A DNA stretch of 32,000 nucleotides from NCBI RefSeq assembly GCF_900199515.1, contig NZ_LT963434.1:84057-116056 (forward strand), in the 5' to 3' direction. Position numbers and translations under genes: made by a program. The notes beneath the pieces are model-generated. The model was not told where the DNA came from and ran no database searches. It was given only the letters and a program-made list of their open reading frames with translations. This DNA is from Massilicoli timonensis (GTDB taxonomy: Bacteria > Bacillota_I > Bacilli_A > Erysipelotrichales > Erysipelotrichaceae). Positions 7,601-16,164 of the stretch are shown here, in pieces. Within the stretch, counting starts at the first letter, position 1, and the number at the start of each line of letters is the position of its first letter.

Positions 7601-8497
7601 TCAAAGAAAAGGTTTCCGTGTTTCACTTGGCAGAGCGTTTTGGATATTGCGAAAATGCAGCTTGGCGACATGATGCAGCTCATTGACGCCGTGTGTTTTA
7701 AGAAATTGCAGGATCGCCAGATCGACCGTTTTCCCGGCACCTTTGGGAAAAGTGAAATCATAGCGTGCTTCCATATCCGCCATCGTCATTAAAAACGCAT
7801 AGCGGGCAATGATGCTCGCACAGGCAACACCCAGATACTTATCTTCGGCCTTGGTCGCAAAGCAGATGTCGCGCACCACTTCCTTTTCTCCCTGTAAATA
7901 GCGAAAATAAGCGCTTGGCGGGGCGAACTGATCCAAATAGATCGTCGGCAGCGCATGCAGTTTATCACGCAGATGCAGATAAGCCTGATTATGCAGCTTT
8001 GCTTTGATCGCATTGAGATGGCTGTGCTTATGCACTTCATTGTATTTATCATTGTTCAAGATCAACAAGGAATGCGGCAGCCGCTTTCTCAGCAACGGTG
8101 CGATCTGTTTGATCTGTTCATCTTTCAATGATTTAGAATCCTGCACCTGCAGCTCTTTCAAAAAGTCGATATCTGCTTCTTCGACATATACGGCACAAAC
8201 GCACACCGGTCCGAAGACGTCGCCGGTGCCGACTTCATCGCTGCCGATATGAGGATAACATATCTGCTTAGCGGCAGGATTCATCGTTTTCGATGTTTGA
8301 TAAGGCGCGGCATGAAACGTGCTGCCCGCTCCCTGAAACACCACTTTTCCGGAGGTATAGGCGGTAATGGTGCAGTCGCTCAGCTTCACTTGATAATGCG
8401 CATAAGGCGGTGTTTTCGCGGCAAGATAACTTTGATAATGTGCCTTGAGCGATTGGATCTGTGCGGGATTCAGTTTTACGGTGATCGTTTCATTCAT
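7601..8497 (-). CDS. rnhC: Ribonuclease HIII
   Basis: 298 aa with an N-terminal TBP-like domain, then GSDEVGTGDVFGP (catalytic DE) and an RNase HII/HIII core. Synteny with cvpA and mutS2 as in Bacillus. Confidence 0.85.
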   Translation of the reverse strand: MNETITVKLNPAQIQSLKAHYQSYLAAKTPPYAHYQVKLSDCTITAYTSGKVVFQGAGSTFHAAPYQTSKTMNPAAKQICYPHIGSDEVGTGDVFGPVCVCAVYVEEADIDFLKELQVQDSKSLKDEQIKQIAPLLRKRLPHSLLILNNDKYNEVHKHSHLNAIKAKLHNQAYLHLRDKLHALPTIYLDQFAPPSAYFRYLQGEKEVVRDICFATKAEDKYLGVACASIIARYAFLMTMADMEARYDFTFPKGAGKTVDLAILQFLKTHGVNELHHVAKLHFRNIQNALPSETRKPFL

Positions 8498-8563
8498 GCG
8501 TGCGCTCCTTTATTTCGTTTGTCCTATTCTATCATAAATAAAACGGAATGGAAACGTGTAAAG

Positions 8564-8592
8564 TTGCAATAATCCGCAAAATACTATATCAT
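8564..8592 (+). promoter_or_regulatory. Putative promoter of cvpA-mutS2-uvrC
   Basis: TTGCAA (8564-8569), 17-nt spacer, TATCAT (8587-8592). Confidence 0.45.
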
Positions 8593-8611
8593 AAACAAAG
8601 GTGATGAAAAA

Positions 8612-9271
8612 ATGTTATTTCCGATTGCATATGTGAAATTATTAGATATCGGCGTGATCGCACTGCTGCTTTTGTGCCTTTACAGCGGTTTTCGCCAAGG
8701 TTTTTTACTGAAGGTGCTGGATTGCTTCGGGATCGTCGTATCCGCGCTTTTGGCTTGGGGATTCGCACGTTTGCTTTCTTTTATCCAGATTTATCCGAAA
8801 GCGTTTGTGCCGTTTGCGGATCTGGCGCTGGGCGATGCGCTGGCTTCTTTGTTAAATGAGATCAGCTGGTTTGTCGTATGTTTTATTCTGCTGAATATCG
8901 TGATCCGTTTGCTTCACCCGCTTTTTTCCTTTGTGCGTCATGTGCCGATCTTAGCCGGGGTGAATCGTTTGCTCGGTGTGCTGTTTGGCTTTGTGCAGGG
9001 AACTGCCTTTTTGGTGATCTTTGCGGTCGTCTTTCAAACTCCGTTTTTCGCCAATGGCTCGCTGGTCGTAGAACGCAGTTATCTGCGTCCGTTTGCGGCG
9101 ATCGCCGATAATCTGACGACCTTGCAGAAAGAGGAAATCGATGCGCTGCGTTCTTTGCAGAAGATCATGACGCCAAGCACGCAGCTAAAGGAAGCTGATA
9201 AAGAGGCGATTCGCGCATGGCTAAACGAACATGACATTAACGAGCAGGATGTAATGGATTTATTTGTTTAA
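8612..9271 (+). CDS. cvpA: CvpA-family membrane protein
   Basis: Four to five TM helices (LDIGVIALLLLCLYSGFRQGF...), an AAAGGTGA SD upstream of the ATG, and the position before mutS2 seen in Bacillus (yshB). Confidence 0.75.
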   Translation: MLFPIAYVKLLDIGVIALLLLCLYSGFRQGFLLKVLDCFGIVVSALLAWGFARLLSFIQIYPKAFVPFADLALGDALASLLNEISWFVVCFILLNIVIRLLHPLFSFVRHVPILAGVNRLLGVLFGFVQGTAFLVIFAVVFQTPFFANGSLVVERSYLRPFAAIADNLTTLQKEEIDALRSLQKIMTPSTQLKEADKEAIRAWLNEHDINEQDVMDLFV

Positions 9272-9290
9272 GCGATCAGGAGGTGATAAG

Positions 9291-11588
9291 ATGGATGAAC
9301 ACACCTTGGAATTAGATCAAATCAAAGAAGAAATCAAGCGCTATTGTGCTTTTTCCCTTGGCAAAGCCCGCATCGACGCCTTGACTCCATGCTTTCAAAA
9401 GCTGTATGTTGAAACGCAGCTCAAGCGCAGCAATGATGCGTTAAGCTTGCTTTATCGCTACGGTACGATTCCTTTTGCCGGTATCAGCGATATCACGCCT
9501 TATGTGGAAGCAGCCGGCAAAGATGCGACCTTGGGTGCATATGAGCTATATGAGATTGCCAGACAGGGACATGCGGTACGCGCAGCCTTTGCTTATCGCA
9601 AGGCGGCGGTCGATGGGGAAAGTGTTTTTGAGTTGATCGATGCGTTGATCGAAGTGCTGCCGTTAAGCAGACAGATCGAGGCTTGTATCAACCGCAACTA
9701 TGAAGTGATGGATCAGGCGAGCAGTGAATTGGCACGGCTGCGGCGCAAGCTGAGCAGCATGCAGGGAGAGATCGCGGCAACCGCCCAGCGCTATATCGCC
9801 AAACATGCGGCTTCGCTGACCGATACGATCACGGCGATCCGTGGGGATCGTATCTGCGTATTGGCAAAAGTCAGTGAAAAAAATCATTTGTCAGGTCTGG
9901 TGCATGGCGAAAGCGCTTCTCATCAAAGCGTCTATCTGGAACCGCAGTGTTTATTGGAACTCAATAACCGTTTAAGTGAAATCAGGCAGCAGGAACAAGA
10001 GGAAGTAAACCGCATTCTTTATGCTTTGTCGCAGCAGGTAAAAACAAACCGTGACGCCCTCTTGGCCAATCTGGATACGTTTGCGCATCTGGATGAGCTG
10101 TTTGCGAAGGCATGGTGGGCAAAGGAGCATGACGGGGTCATCGCAGCGCTGAGTGAAACGGCGCATCTGTATTTCAAGAATGCGCGGCATCCGCTGATCG
10201 ATCAAAAAAAGGTCGTGGCGAACACTTATGAAATCAAAGCGCCGCACCATGCGCTGTTGATCACCGGAAGCAATACCGGTGGAAAGACAGTCACCTTAAA
10301 AACGATCGGTCTGTTTGTGGCGATGAGCTATTGTGGGATCGCGGTACCCTGCGATGAGGCGATCATACCGATGTTCGATGCGATCTATGCGGACATCGGC
10401 GATCATCAATCGATCGCGGAAAGTCTTTCCACTTTTTCCGCGCATATCAAGCGACTGGCACAGATCTGTGAGGATGCAACCGTTCATTCCCTCGTCTTAT
10501 TAGATGAGTTAGGAAGCGGCACCGATCCGAAAGAAGGAGAAGCGCTGGCGGTTGCGATCTTGGAGCATTTACGAAAGCGCAATGCCATGATCGTGGCAAC
10601 CACGCACTATTCCAATGTCAAGGTCTATGGAAAAAACTGCAATGACATCCTGCTTGCTTCCGTTGCCTTCGATATGGATACGATGCAGCCGACCTATCGC
10701 TATATGGAAGGCGTAAGCGGCACTTCTAATGCTTTTGCGATCGCCGGTCGCTATGCGCTGAATGAAGCAATCATCAAGCGGGCGCAGTATTTTAAGGATG
10801 CGCATCGCAGCAAGGAAGAAATGCTTTTGGAAACGATCGAGCAGCAACAATTGGACTTGCTTTTAGAAAAAGAGAAACTGATGAAGCAAGAGCAGGCGCT
10901 TTTGCATAAACAGGAAGAGCTGGAAGCGTGGAAGCAGCAGCTGGAAGCAAGAGGGAAAGCGCAGGAAGCGCGTGAACAGCGTGCTTTTGACGATCTGTTA
11001 GAGGATGCAAAGGCGCAGATGGACGCGATCATCGAACAGGCCAAGCAGGCGGATGAAAGCAAACCGCACCGCTATCATGAATTGAAAAGGCAGCTTGCCC
11101 AGATGGAATCAGCGCCTGATGAGGCGCATCATGACGATGTCTCCTTTGCGCTCGGCGATTATGTCAAGCTGGTAGAACTCGGGTATCACGGTGAGATCAT
11201 CTCCATGCAAAAGGACAGGGTGTGTGTGCTTTGCAATGGCATGAAGCTGAATACGACGACTGCCAAAATCACACACATGCAAAAGCCGAAAAGCGCCAAA
11301 GCCAAAAATGTGCATACCAAAGGACTTTCCAAACCGCTGCCGCTTGCCTGTAACGTCATCGGCTGCTATGTCGATGAAGCGCTGCCGATCATTGATAAAT
11401 ACTTGGATAATGCGATCTTGGCGCACCGCAATCAAGTGCGGATCATTCACGGATCCGGTACCGGTGCTCTGCGCAAGGGCGTGCACGCTTATTTGAAGCG
11501 GCATCCGAAAGTCAGCGAATTTCGTCTCGGGCAGGAGGGCGAAGGCGGTTTAGGCGCGACGATCGTTACCCTGAAAGGAAAGAAATAA
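9291..11588 (+). CDS. mutS2: Endonuclease MutS2 / ribosome-rescue ATPase (MutS domain + coiled coil + KOW + Smr)
   Basis: AGGAGGTG lies 5 nt upstream of ATG 9291, so the track start at 9264 (TTG) is an unlikely extension. Walker A ITGSNTGGKT, DELGSGTDP, and a C-terminal Smr domain with IIHGSGTGALRKGV. Confidence 0.9.
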   Translation: MDEHTLELDQIKEEIKRYCAFSLGKARIDALTPCFQKLYVETQLKRSNDALSLLYRYGTIPFAGISDITPYVEAAGKDATLGAYELYEIARQGHAVRAAFAYRKAAVDGESVFELIDALIEVLPLSRQIEACINRNYEVMDQASSELARLRRKLSSMQGEIAATAQRYIAKHAASLTDTITAIRGDRICVLAKVSEKNHLSGLVHGESASHQSVYLEPQCLLELNNRLSEIRQQEQEEVNRILYALSQQVKTNRDALLANLDTFAHLDELFAKAWWAKEHDGVIAALSETAHLYFKNARHPLIDQKKVVANTYEIKAPHHALLITGSNTGGKTVTLKTIGLFVAMSYCGIAVPCDEAIIPMFDAIYADIGDHQSIAESLSTFSAHIKRLAQICEDATVHSLVLLDELGSGTDPKEGEALAVAILEHLRKRNAMIVATTHYSNVKVYGKNCNDILLASVAFDMDTMQPTYRYMEGVSGTSNAFAIAGRYALNEAIIKRAQYFKDAHRSKEEMLLETIEQQQLDLLLEKEKLMKQEQALLHKQEELEAWKQQLEARGKAQEAREQRAFDDLLEDAKAQMDAIIEQAKQADESKPHRYHELKRQLAQMESAPDEAHHDDVSFALGDYVKLVELGYHGEIISMQKDRVCVLCNGMKLNTTTAKITHMQKPKSAKAKNVHTKGLSKPLPLACNVIGCYVDEALPIIDKYLDNAILAHRNQVRIIHGSGTGALRKGVHAYLKRHPKVSEFRLGQEGEGGLGATIVTLKGKK

Positions 11589-11589
11589 G

Positions 11590-13374
11590 ATGGCGAACAT
11601 GGAAAAGATCGCCGATAAACTGGCGATCCTGCCGGCACAGCCGGGCTGTTATCTGATGAAGGATGAAGCCGGCACGATCATTTATGTCGGCAAAGCGAAA
11701 AAACTGAAAAACCGCGTCAGACAGTATTTTGTCGGCGCACATGACTTTAAGACGACCCGGCTGGTAGCCAATATCGATGACTTCGAGTTTATCGTAACCG
11801 GCAGTGAGAAAGAAGCGCTGCTGCTGGAAATCAATCTCATAAAAAAATATACCCCGCAGTACAATATCATGTTCATGGATGATAAAACGTATCCATACCT
11901 GAAATTAACGAAAGGGAAAGCGCCGATGTTAAAGGTCGTCCGCAATCTTTCAGATAAAAATGCGGAGTATTTCGGACCGTTTCCGGAAAGTCATAAAGCT
12001 TATCAGACGATGCAGCTGCTCAATCGCCTGTACCCTTTGCGCAAATGTGCGACACTGCCTAAAAAGCCATGTCTGTACTATCATTTACAACAATGCCTCG
12101 CCCCGTGCATCCAAACGATCGATGATACGATCTATCAGAAGATGATCGCAGATATCCGTAAGTTTTTGAAGGGCGATGTAAAAGAGATCATCGACCGTCT
12201 CCAAAAGGAAATGGAGGAAGCGGTGACCGATCTGGCATTTGAAAAGGCGCAGGAGAAAAAAGAACTCATTGATTCGATCCTGCATGTAACCAGCGCCCAG
12301 CAGATCGATTTCAAAGACCGCAAGGATCGTGATGCCTTTCATTACTATGTGGATAAAGGCTATATCTCAATACAGGGCTTTCTGGTGAGAGATGGCAAGA
12401 TCCAAGGGCGCATCCATATGATGAAGCCGCTGTATGATGAAGCAGAGGATGTGTTTTTATCCTTTGTATCTCAGTATTACGCTTCTCATCCTTTGCCTTC
12501 ACAGGTGCTCTTGCCGCCGCAGCTTGATGTGGAAGCGTTAAACGAAGTGTTGGAAAAGCGCATCTATCAGCCGCTGCGCGGGGATAAGCGCAAGCTGTTA
12601 GATATGGTGGAACAAAATGCCAAGACGGCGCATGCGCAGAAGTTTGAGCTTTCAAAACGCAAAAGCGATGAGAAAGAAGCGGCGTTAAAACAGTTGGATG
12701 AGATCATGGGGAAAAAGATACGGCGCATCGAACTGTTTGACAACAGTCATATTTCCGGATCATTCAATGTTTCGGGCATGGTGGTCTATGTCGATGGGGA
12801 ACCGAGCAAAAAAGATTATCGCCTGTTTAAGCTGCAAGGCTATCGCAGCGACCTGGATTCGATGAAGGAAGCGATCTATCGCCGTTATTTCCGCGTACTG
12901 AAAGAGGGCGGCAACTTTGCGGATCTTTTGATCGTGGACGGCGGCTATTTGCAGATCGAAGCGGCAAAGGAGATCCTCGATGCTTTGGAAGTACCGATTT
13001 TATTATATGGCTTGGTTAAGGATGACCGTCATTCTACAAATGCCCTGATGGATCGAAACGGCACGCGCATTCCCATTGCCAAGGATAGTCCGCTTTTCTT
13101 CTTATTGACGCGGATGCAGGATGAAGTGCACCGTTTTGCGATCTCTTATCATCGCAAGGTGCGCGGCAAAGCGATGACCCGTTCCATCTTAGATGAGGTG
13201 GAAGGGATCGGCGAAGTGCGCAAGAAGGCGCTGTTCAAGCGATTCCACTCTTTGAAAGGATTAAAACAGGCCAGCATCGAGCAGTTGCAGGAGGTTTTAC
13301 CGGAAAAAGTTGCCAAAAATGTATATGAAGTGCTGCAACACCCAGAGCGAAACGAGGACGCCTGCATAGAATAG
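11590..13374 (+). CDS. uvrC: Excinuclease ABC subunit C
   Basis: GIY-YIG N-terminus (PGCYLMKDEAGTIIYVGKAKKLKNRVRQY), UVR domain, endonuclease V-like domain and C-terminal (HhH)2. Confidence 0.95.
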   Translation: MANMEKIADKLAILPAQPGCYLMKDEAGTIIYVGKAKKLKNRVRQYFVGAHDFKTTRLVANIDDFEFIVTGSEKEALLLEINLIKKYTPQYNIMFMDDKTYPYLKLTKGKAPMLKVVRNLSDKNAEYFGPFPESHKAYQTMQLLNRLYPLRKCATLPKKPCLYYHLQQCLAPCIQTIDDTIYQKMIADIRKFLKGDVKEIIDRLQKEMEEAVTDLAFEKAQEKKELIDSILHVTSAQQIDFKDRKDRDAFHYYVDKGYISIQGFLVRDGKIQGRIHMMKPLYDEAEDVFLSFVSQYYASHPLPSQVLLPPQLDVEALNEVLEKRIYQPLRGDKRKLLDMVEQNAKTAHAQKFELSKRKSDEKEAALKQLDEIMGKKIRRIELFDNSHISGSFNVSGMVVYVDGEPSKKDYRLFKLQGYRSDLDSMKEAIYRRYFRVLKEGGNFADLLIVDGGYLQIEAAKEILDALEVPILLYGLVKDDRHSTNALMDRNGTRIPIAKDSPLFFLLTRMQDEVHRFAISYHRKVRGKAMTRSILDEVEGIGEVRKKALFKRFHSLKGLKQASIEQLQEVLPEKVAKNVYEVLQHPERNEDACIE

Positions 13375-13403
13375 CGTGTCATACAGGCAAAGGGGGAAAG
13401 CAC

Positions 13404-13604
13404 TTGCGTATCTTAACACAGCGTGAAAAACAGGTGTTTGATCTGCTGATCAGCAATTACAGCACGAAAGAAATCGCGGCGATGCTGGGCATCAGCGACA
13501 AAACCGTACGGAATCATATATCAAATGTCATGTTGAAGCTAGGCGTAAAAGGCCGGGCGCAGGCGGTCGTGGAGCTGCTGCGGCTGCATGAGATCCATAT
13601 TTAA
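13404..13604 (+). CDS. Stand-alone LuxR/GerE-type HTH protein (66 aa)
   Basis: LTQREKQVFDLLISNYSTKEIAAMLGISDKTVRNHISNVMLKLGVKGRAQAV is a complete LuxR_C/GerE HTH with no receiver or sensor domain. TTG start 4 nt after a GGGGGAAAG SD. Confidence 0.75.
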   Translation: MRILTQREKQVFDLLISNYSTKEIAAMLGISDKTVRNHISNVMLKLGVKGRAQAVVELLRLHEIHI

Positions 13605-13726
13605 GCAAAGAGGTCTGTATCGTAATCGGTATAGACTTTTCTTCTGGAATCAAGCGAAGTTGCGGCGGCCTATGGAAAGGGCTTTCAAAATGTGGTAGAA
13701 TGAAAGCATGGAAACAGGAGGTTGTT

Positions 13727-14626
13727 ATGAAAACATATATTGGTGTTGATTTAGGCGGTACAAATGTACGTGTGGCACGGGTCGATGCGGATGGCAATGT
13801 GCTGGAAGTGCTGAAAGATGCGACAGAGGCGCAGAAAGGGCCCAAACAGATCCTAGATAAGATCGAGCATATGATCCGTTCTTTACAGGATCATGAAAAA
13901 TGCGAGGGCATCGGCTTGGGGATCCCGGGACCGATCGATACAAAAGCGGGAAAGATCATCGTATCGAATAATTTGCCGGATCTGGTCGGTTATCCGATTG
14001 CGGATCATTTTAAGGAGATCTTTCATAAACCGGTGTTTATGGATAATGATGTCAATGTGGCAGGACTGGGAGAAGCGATACAGGGAGCCGGCAAAGGCGT
14101 AGAATTTGTTTACTATCTCACCGTATCGACAGGAGTAGGCGGTGCGCCGGTATTTCAGGGCAAGGTCATTGCGGGCGCACATGGCCATGCCGGAGAAGTA
14201 GGCAATCTGATCCTCGATCCAAATCGCACGGCGCGAAACGGTTTGAATCCGGGTGCGGTGGAAAATGAGATGAGCGGTCCGGCGTTGATGCGGAAAGCCA
14301 AAGAAGTGCTTGGGGTAGAGATCGCCCATGCCGGCGAATTGTTTGATCTGGCAAAGAACGGCAATGAACAGGCGGCTTTGCTCTGTGATCGCTTTGTAGA
14401 AGATTTTTCTCAACTGCTCAGCAGCATCGCTTTGACCTGCAATCCCGATCTGTTTGTGTTAGGCGGCGGGGTGATGCAGTCATCGGATGCTTTCTTAAAG
14501 CAGGTGGAAGCACGTTTTCAGGAAAAAGTATTCCCGGGCATGCGGGGAACACGCTTTGTAAAAGCGGCGTTAGCAGAGCCGGGACTTGTCGGGGCGGCGA
14601 TGCTGCCGATGGCACAGTTGCGATAA
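13727..14626 (+). CDS. ROK-family sugar kinase (glucokinase-like)
   Basis: AGGAGG lies 6 nt upstream of ATG 13727. MKTYIGVDLGGTNVRVA (phosphate-1), DNDVNVAGLGE, and GHAGEVGN. The canonical His/CxCGxxGC zinc motif is absent. Confidence 0.85.
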   Translation: MKTYIGVDLGGTNVRVARVDADGNVLEVLKDATEAQKGPKQILDKIEHMIRSLQDHEKCEGIGLGIPGPIDTKAGKIIVSNNLPDLVGYPIADHFKEIFHKPVFMDNDVNVAGLGEAIQGAGKGVEFVYYLTVSTGVGGAPVFQGKVIAGAHGHAGEVGNLILDPNRTARNGLNPGAVENEMSGPALMRKAKEVLGVEIAHAGELFDLAKNGNEQAALLCDRFVEDFSQLLSSIALTCNPDLFVLGGGVMQSSDAFLKQVEARFQEKVFPGMRGTRFVKAALAEPGLVGAAMLPMAQLR

Positions 14627-14636
14627 GGAGGAGCAT

Positions 14637-14987
14637 ATGAACAAAGAAGTAAGAGAATTTGTCGTAGAACAGACGAAAGCGCTGATCACAGCGCCTACGT
14701 GCTGCAAGGAATTAAAGGAGACTGCACAGAAATGGCTGACGTCTTTGGATCAGCCGAACGAAGCGGAAATGACAAAGCGATATGAGGAAGAACTGGAAGC
14801 GGATCTCGTTACGGTCGATGATCTGATCGCTTTGGCAAATTCGGATCTAGGCAAGCAGATCTTTGGAGAAAAAGCGGCGCAGGTGGCGGCGCATGGCGAA
14901 AAGATCAAGGCGGCGGGTGCAAGATACTGCGATTGTCCTGCCTGCAAAGCGGTAGAAGCGATCTTAGCGACGCGCAAAAGCTGGTAA
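14637..14987 (+). CDS. Small conserved-looking hypothetical protein with CC and CxCxxC motifs (116 aa)
   Basis: AGGAGGAG SD upstream of ATG 14637, 10 nt after the ROK stop. Contains APTCCKELKE near the N-terminus and RYCDCPACKAVE near the C-terminus. Followed by a strong terminator. Confidence 0.6.
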   Translation: MNKEVREFVVEQTKALITAPTCCKELKETAQKWLTSLDQPNEAEMTKRYEEELEADLVTVDDLIALANSDLGKQIFGEKAAQVAAHGEKIKAAGARYCDCPACKAVEAILATRKSW

Positions 14988-14994
14988 TACAAGC

Positions 14995-15029
14995 AAGTGA
15001 AGCAAAAGCCTGCTTCACTTTTCTTTTTT
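14995..15029 (+). terminator. Intrinsic terminator
   Basis: 10-bp stem AAGTGAAGCA / TGCTTCACTT, 6-nt loop, T-rich tail. Confidence 0.85.
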
Positions 15030-15102
15030 GAGGAAGTATCCATCATTGCTTTTGAGTGTGCATGCAGGTGATCGCACGCATGCGCGCGGGGTTCGCCTTT
15101 TA

Positions 15103-15131
15103 TTTCCATTTATCTTTCTTTATGCTATAAT
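15103..15131 (+). promoter_or_regulatory. Putative extended -10 promoter
   Basis: TGcTATAAT at 15123-15131, with a weak -35 TTTCCA at 15103-15108. Confidence 0.45.
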
Positions 15132-15150
15132 GGGAAACGAGGTGTGTGTC

Positions 15151-16164
15151 ATGAAAGTAAAAAGGAATTTGTTTCTTGCGTCGCTTTGTGTCTTATTTCT
15201 GGTGTGCTACTATATCATGAACCAGACTTATGACGAATTGGCGCGCTATCCATATGCGACCGAAGAAAACCATGATCTGATCCTGCATTATCTGGATGAG
15301 AAGGATATTGATTTTTTGTTGGCGCAGAATGTGAAGCCGGAACAGTTTTTGCCTTATGTGGAGTGCGCAGGCTTTCAGCTGGAACATACGCTTTGGTATG
15401 ACAAAGCGATGCAGCTGCAGCCGGCAGACGCTTCCTATATCGTGCAGTTTATCGAAACTTGGAAGAACGAATTTACATTTCATGAAATGGACACACTGCT
15501 AAGCGCCTATCTTTATGCGGATCTGGCGGTTTATTTTGAAAACGGCGATCCGTTTGTGGAACATGCTTCACTGATGGTCGATCCCAGTGATCTGCTCAGC
15601 GATCTGCATGCGGAAACCAGTGTCTATACCTATGTGCCTGCAGATCTTGTCGCTTTGAAAGAGCTGCCGCATGTGAATGTGAACAGCACCGATAAGGAAG
15701 TGTATGTGCGCGAGGCGATGGTAAAACCGCTGGAAGCATTAAGTGAAGCGATGAGCGAGGCCAGCGGGGTCTTGAATTATGATCTGATCATCGTCAGCGG
15801 CTATGTTTCATATGAAGAACAAAAACAGCTTTATCAAAACGCACTGCTGCAATACGGGGCGGATCAGTTTTTACAATATGAAGATTATCCCGGACACAGT
15901 GAAAAACAGCTTGGCTATACGGTTCGCTTTGCGATCGCCGGGGTATCTGATTTACAGACGATAACAGAGAGCGAACAAGCGAAATGGCTGCGGGAGCACG
16001 CTTATGAATATGGCTTTATCGTCCGTTATCCAAGCGGCAAGGAAGCGATCACGCAGAAGCAGGCACAGCCGCTCACGCTTCGTTATGTCGGTGAGGAAGC
16101 GGCGAAAGAGATGCGGGACCATGACTGGACATGGGAGGAGTGGGTAAAACGAAATGAGCAGTAA
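15151..16164 (+). CDS. VanY/LdcB-like (LAS/M15B fold) protein with substituted zinc ligands, N-terminal membrane anchor
   Basis: GAGGTG lies 7 nt upstream of ATG 15151, and MKVKRNLFLASLCVLFLVCYY is a signal/anchor. SGYVSYEEQKQLY, PGHSEKQLGYTVRF and YGFIVRYPSGKEAITQKQAQPLTLRYVG align with LdcB SGYRSY.., PGxSEHQTGLAxD and YGFIxRYPxGK..YEPWHLRYVG. Confidence 0.8.
   Translation: MKVKRNLFLASLCVLFLVCYYIMNQTYDELARYPYATEENHDLILHYLDEKDIDFLLAQNVKPEQFLPYVECAGFQLEHTLWYDKAMQLQPADASYIVQFIETWKNEFTFHEMDTLLSAYLYADLAVYFENGDPFVEHASLMVDPSDLLSDLHAETSVYTYVPADLVALKELPHVNVNSTDKEVYVREAMVKPLEALSEAMSEASGVLNYDLIIVSGYVSYEEQKQLYQNALLQYGADQFLQYEDYPGHSEKQLGYTVRFAIAGVSDLQTITESEQAKWLREHAYEYGFIVRYPSGKEAITQKQAQPLTLRYVGEEAAKEMRDHDWTWEEWVKRNEQ

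Noticed and set aside
13883-14413. 176-aa antisense ORF inside the ROK kinase gene
   Set aside because: It is a shadow ORF opposite a motif-verified gene, with no start context.
15028-15150. 41-codon N-terminal extension of the VanY-like ORF in the track
   Set aside because: The extension would begin inside the T-tail of the upstream terminator and cover the TGcTATAAT promoter. ATG 15151 has a GAGGTG SD and yields a normal signal/anchor N-terminus.
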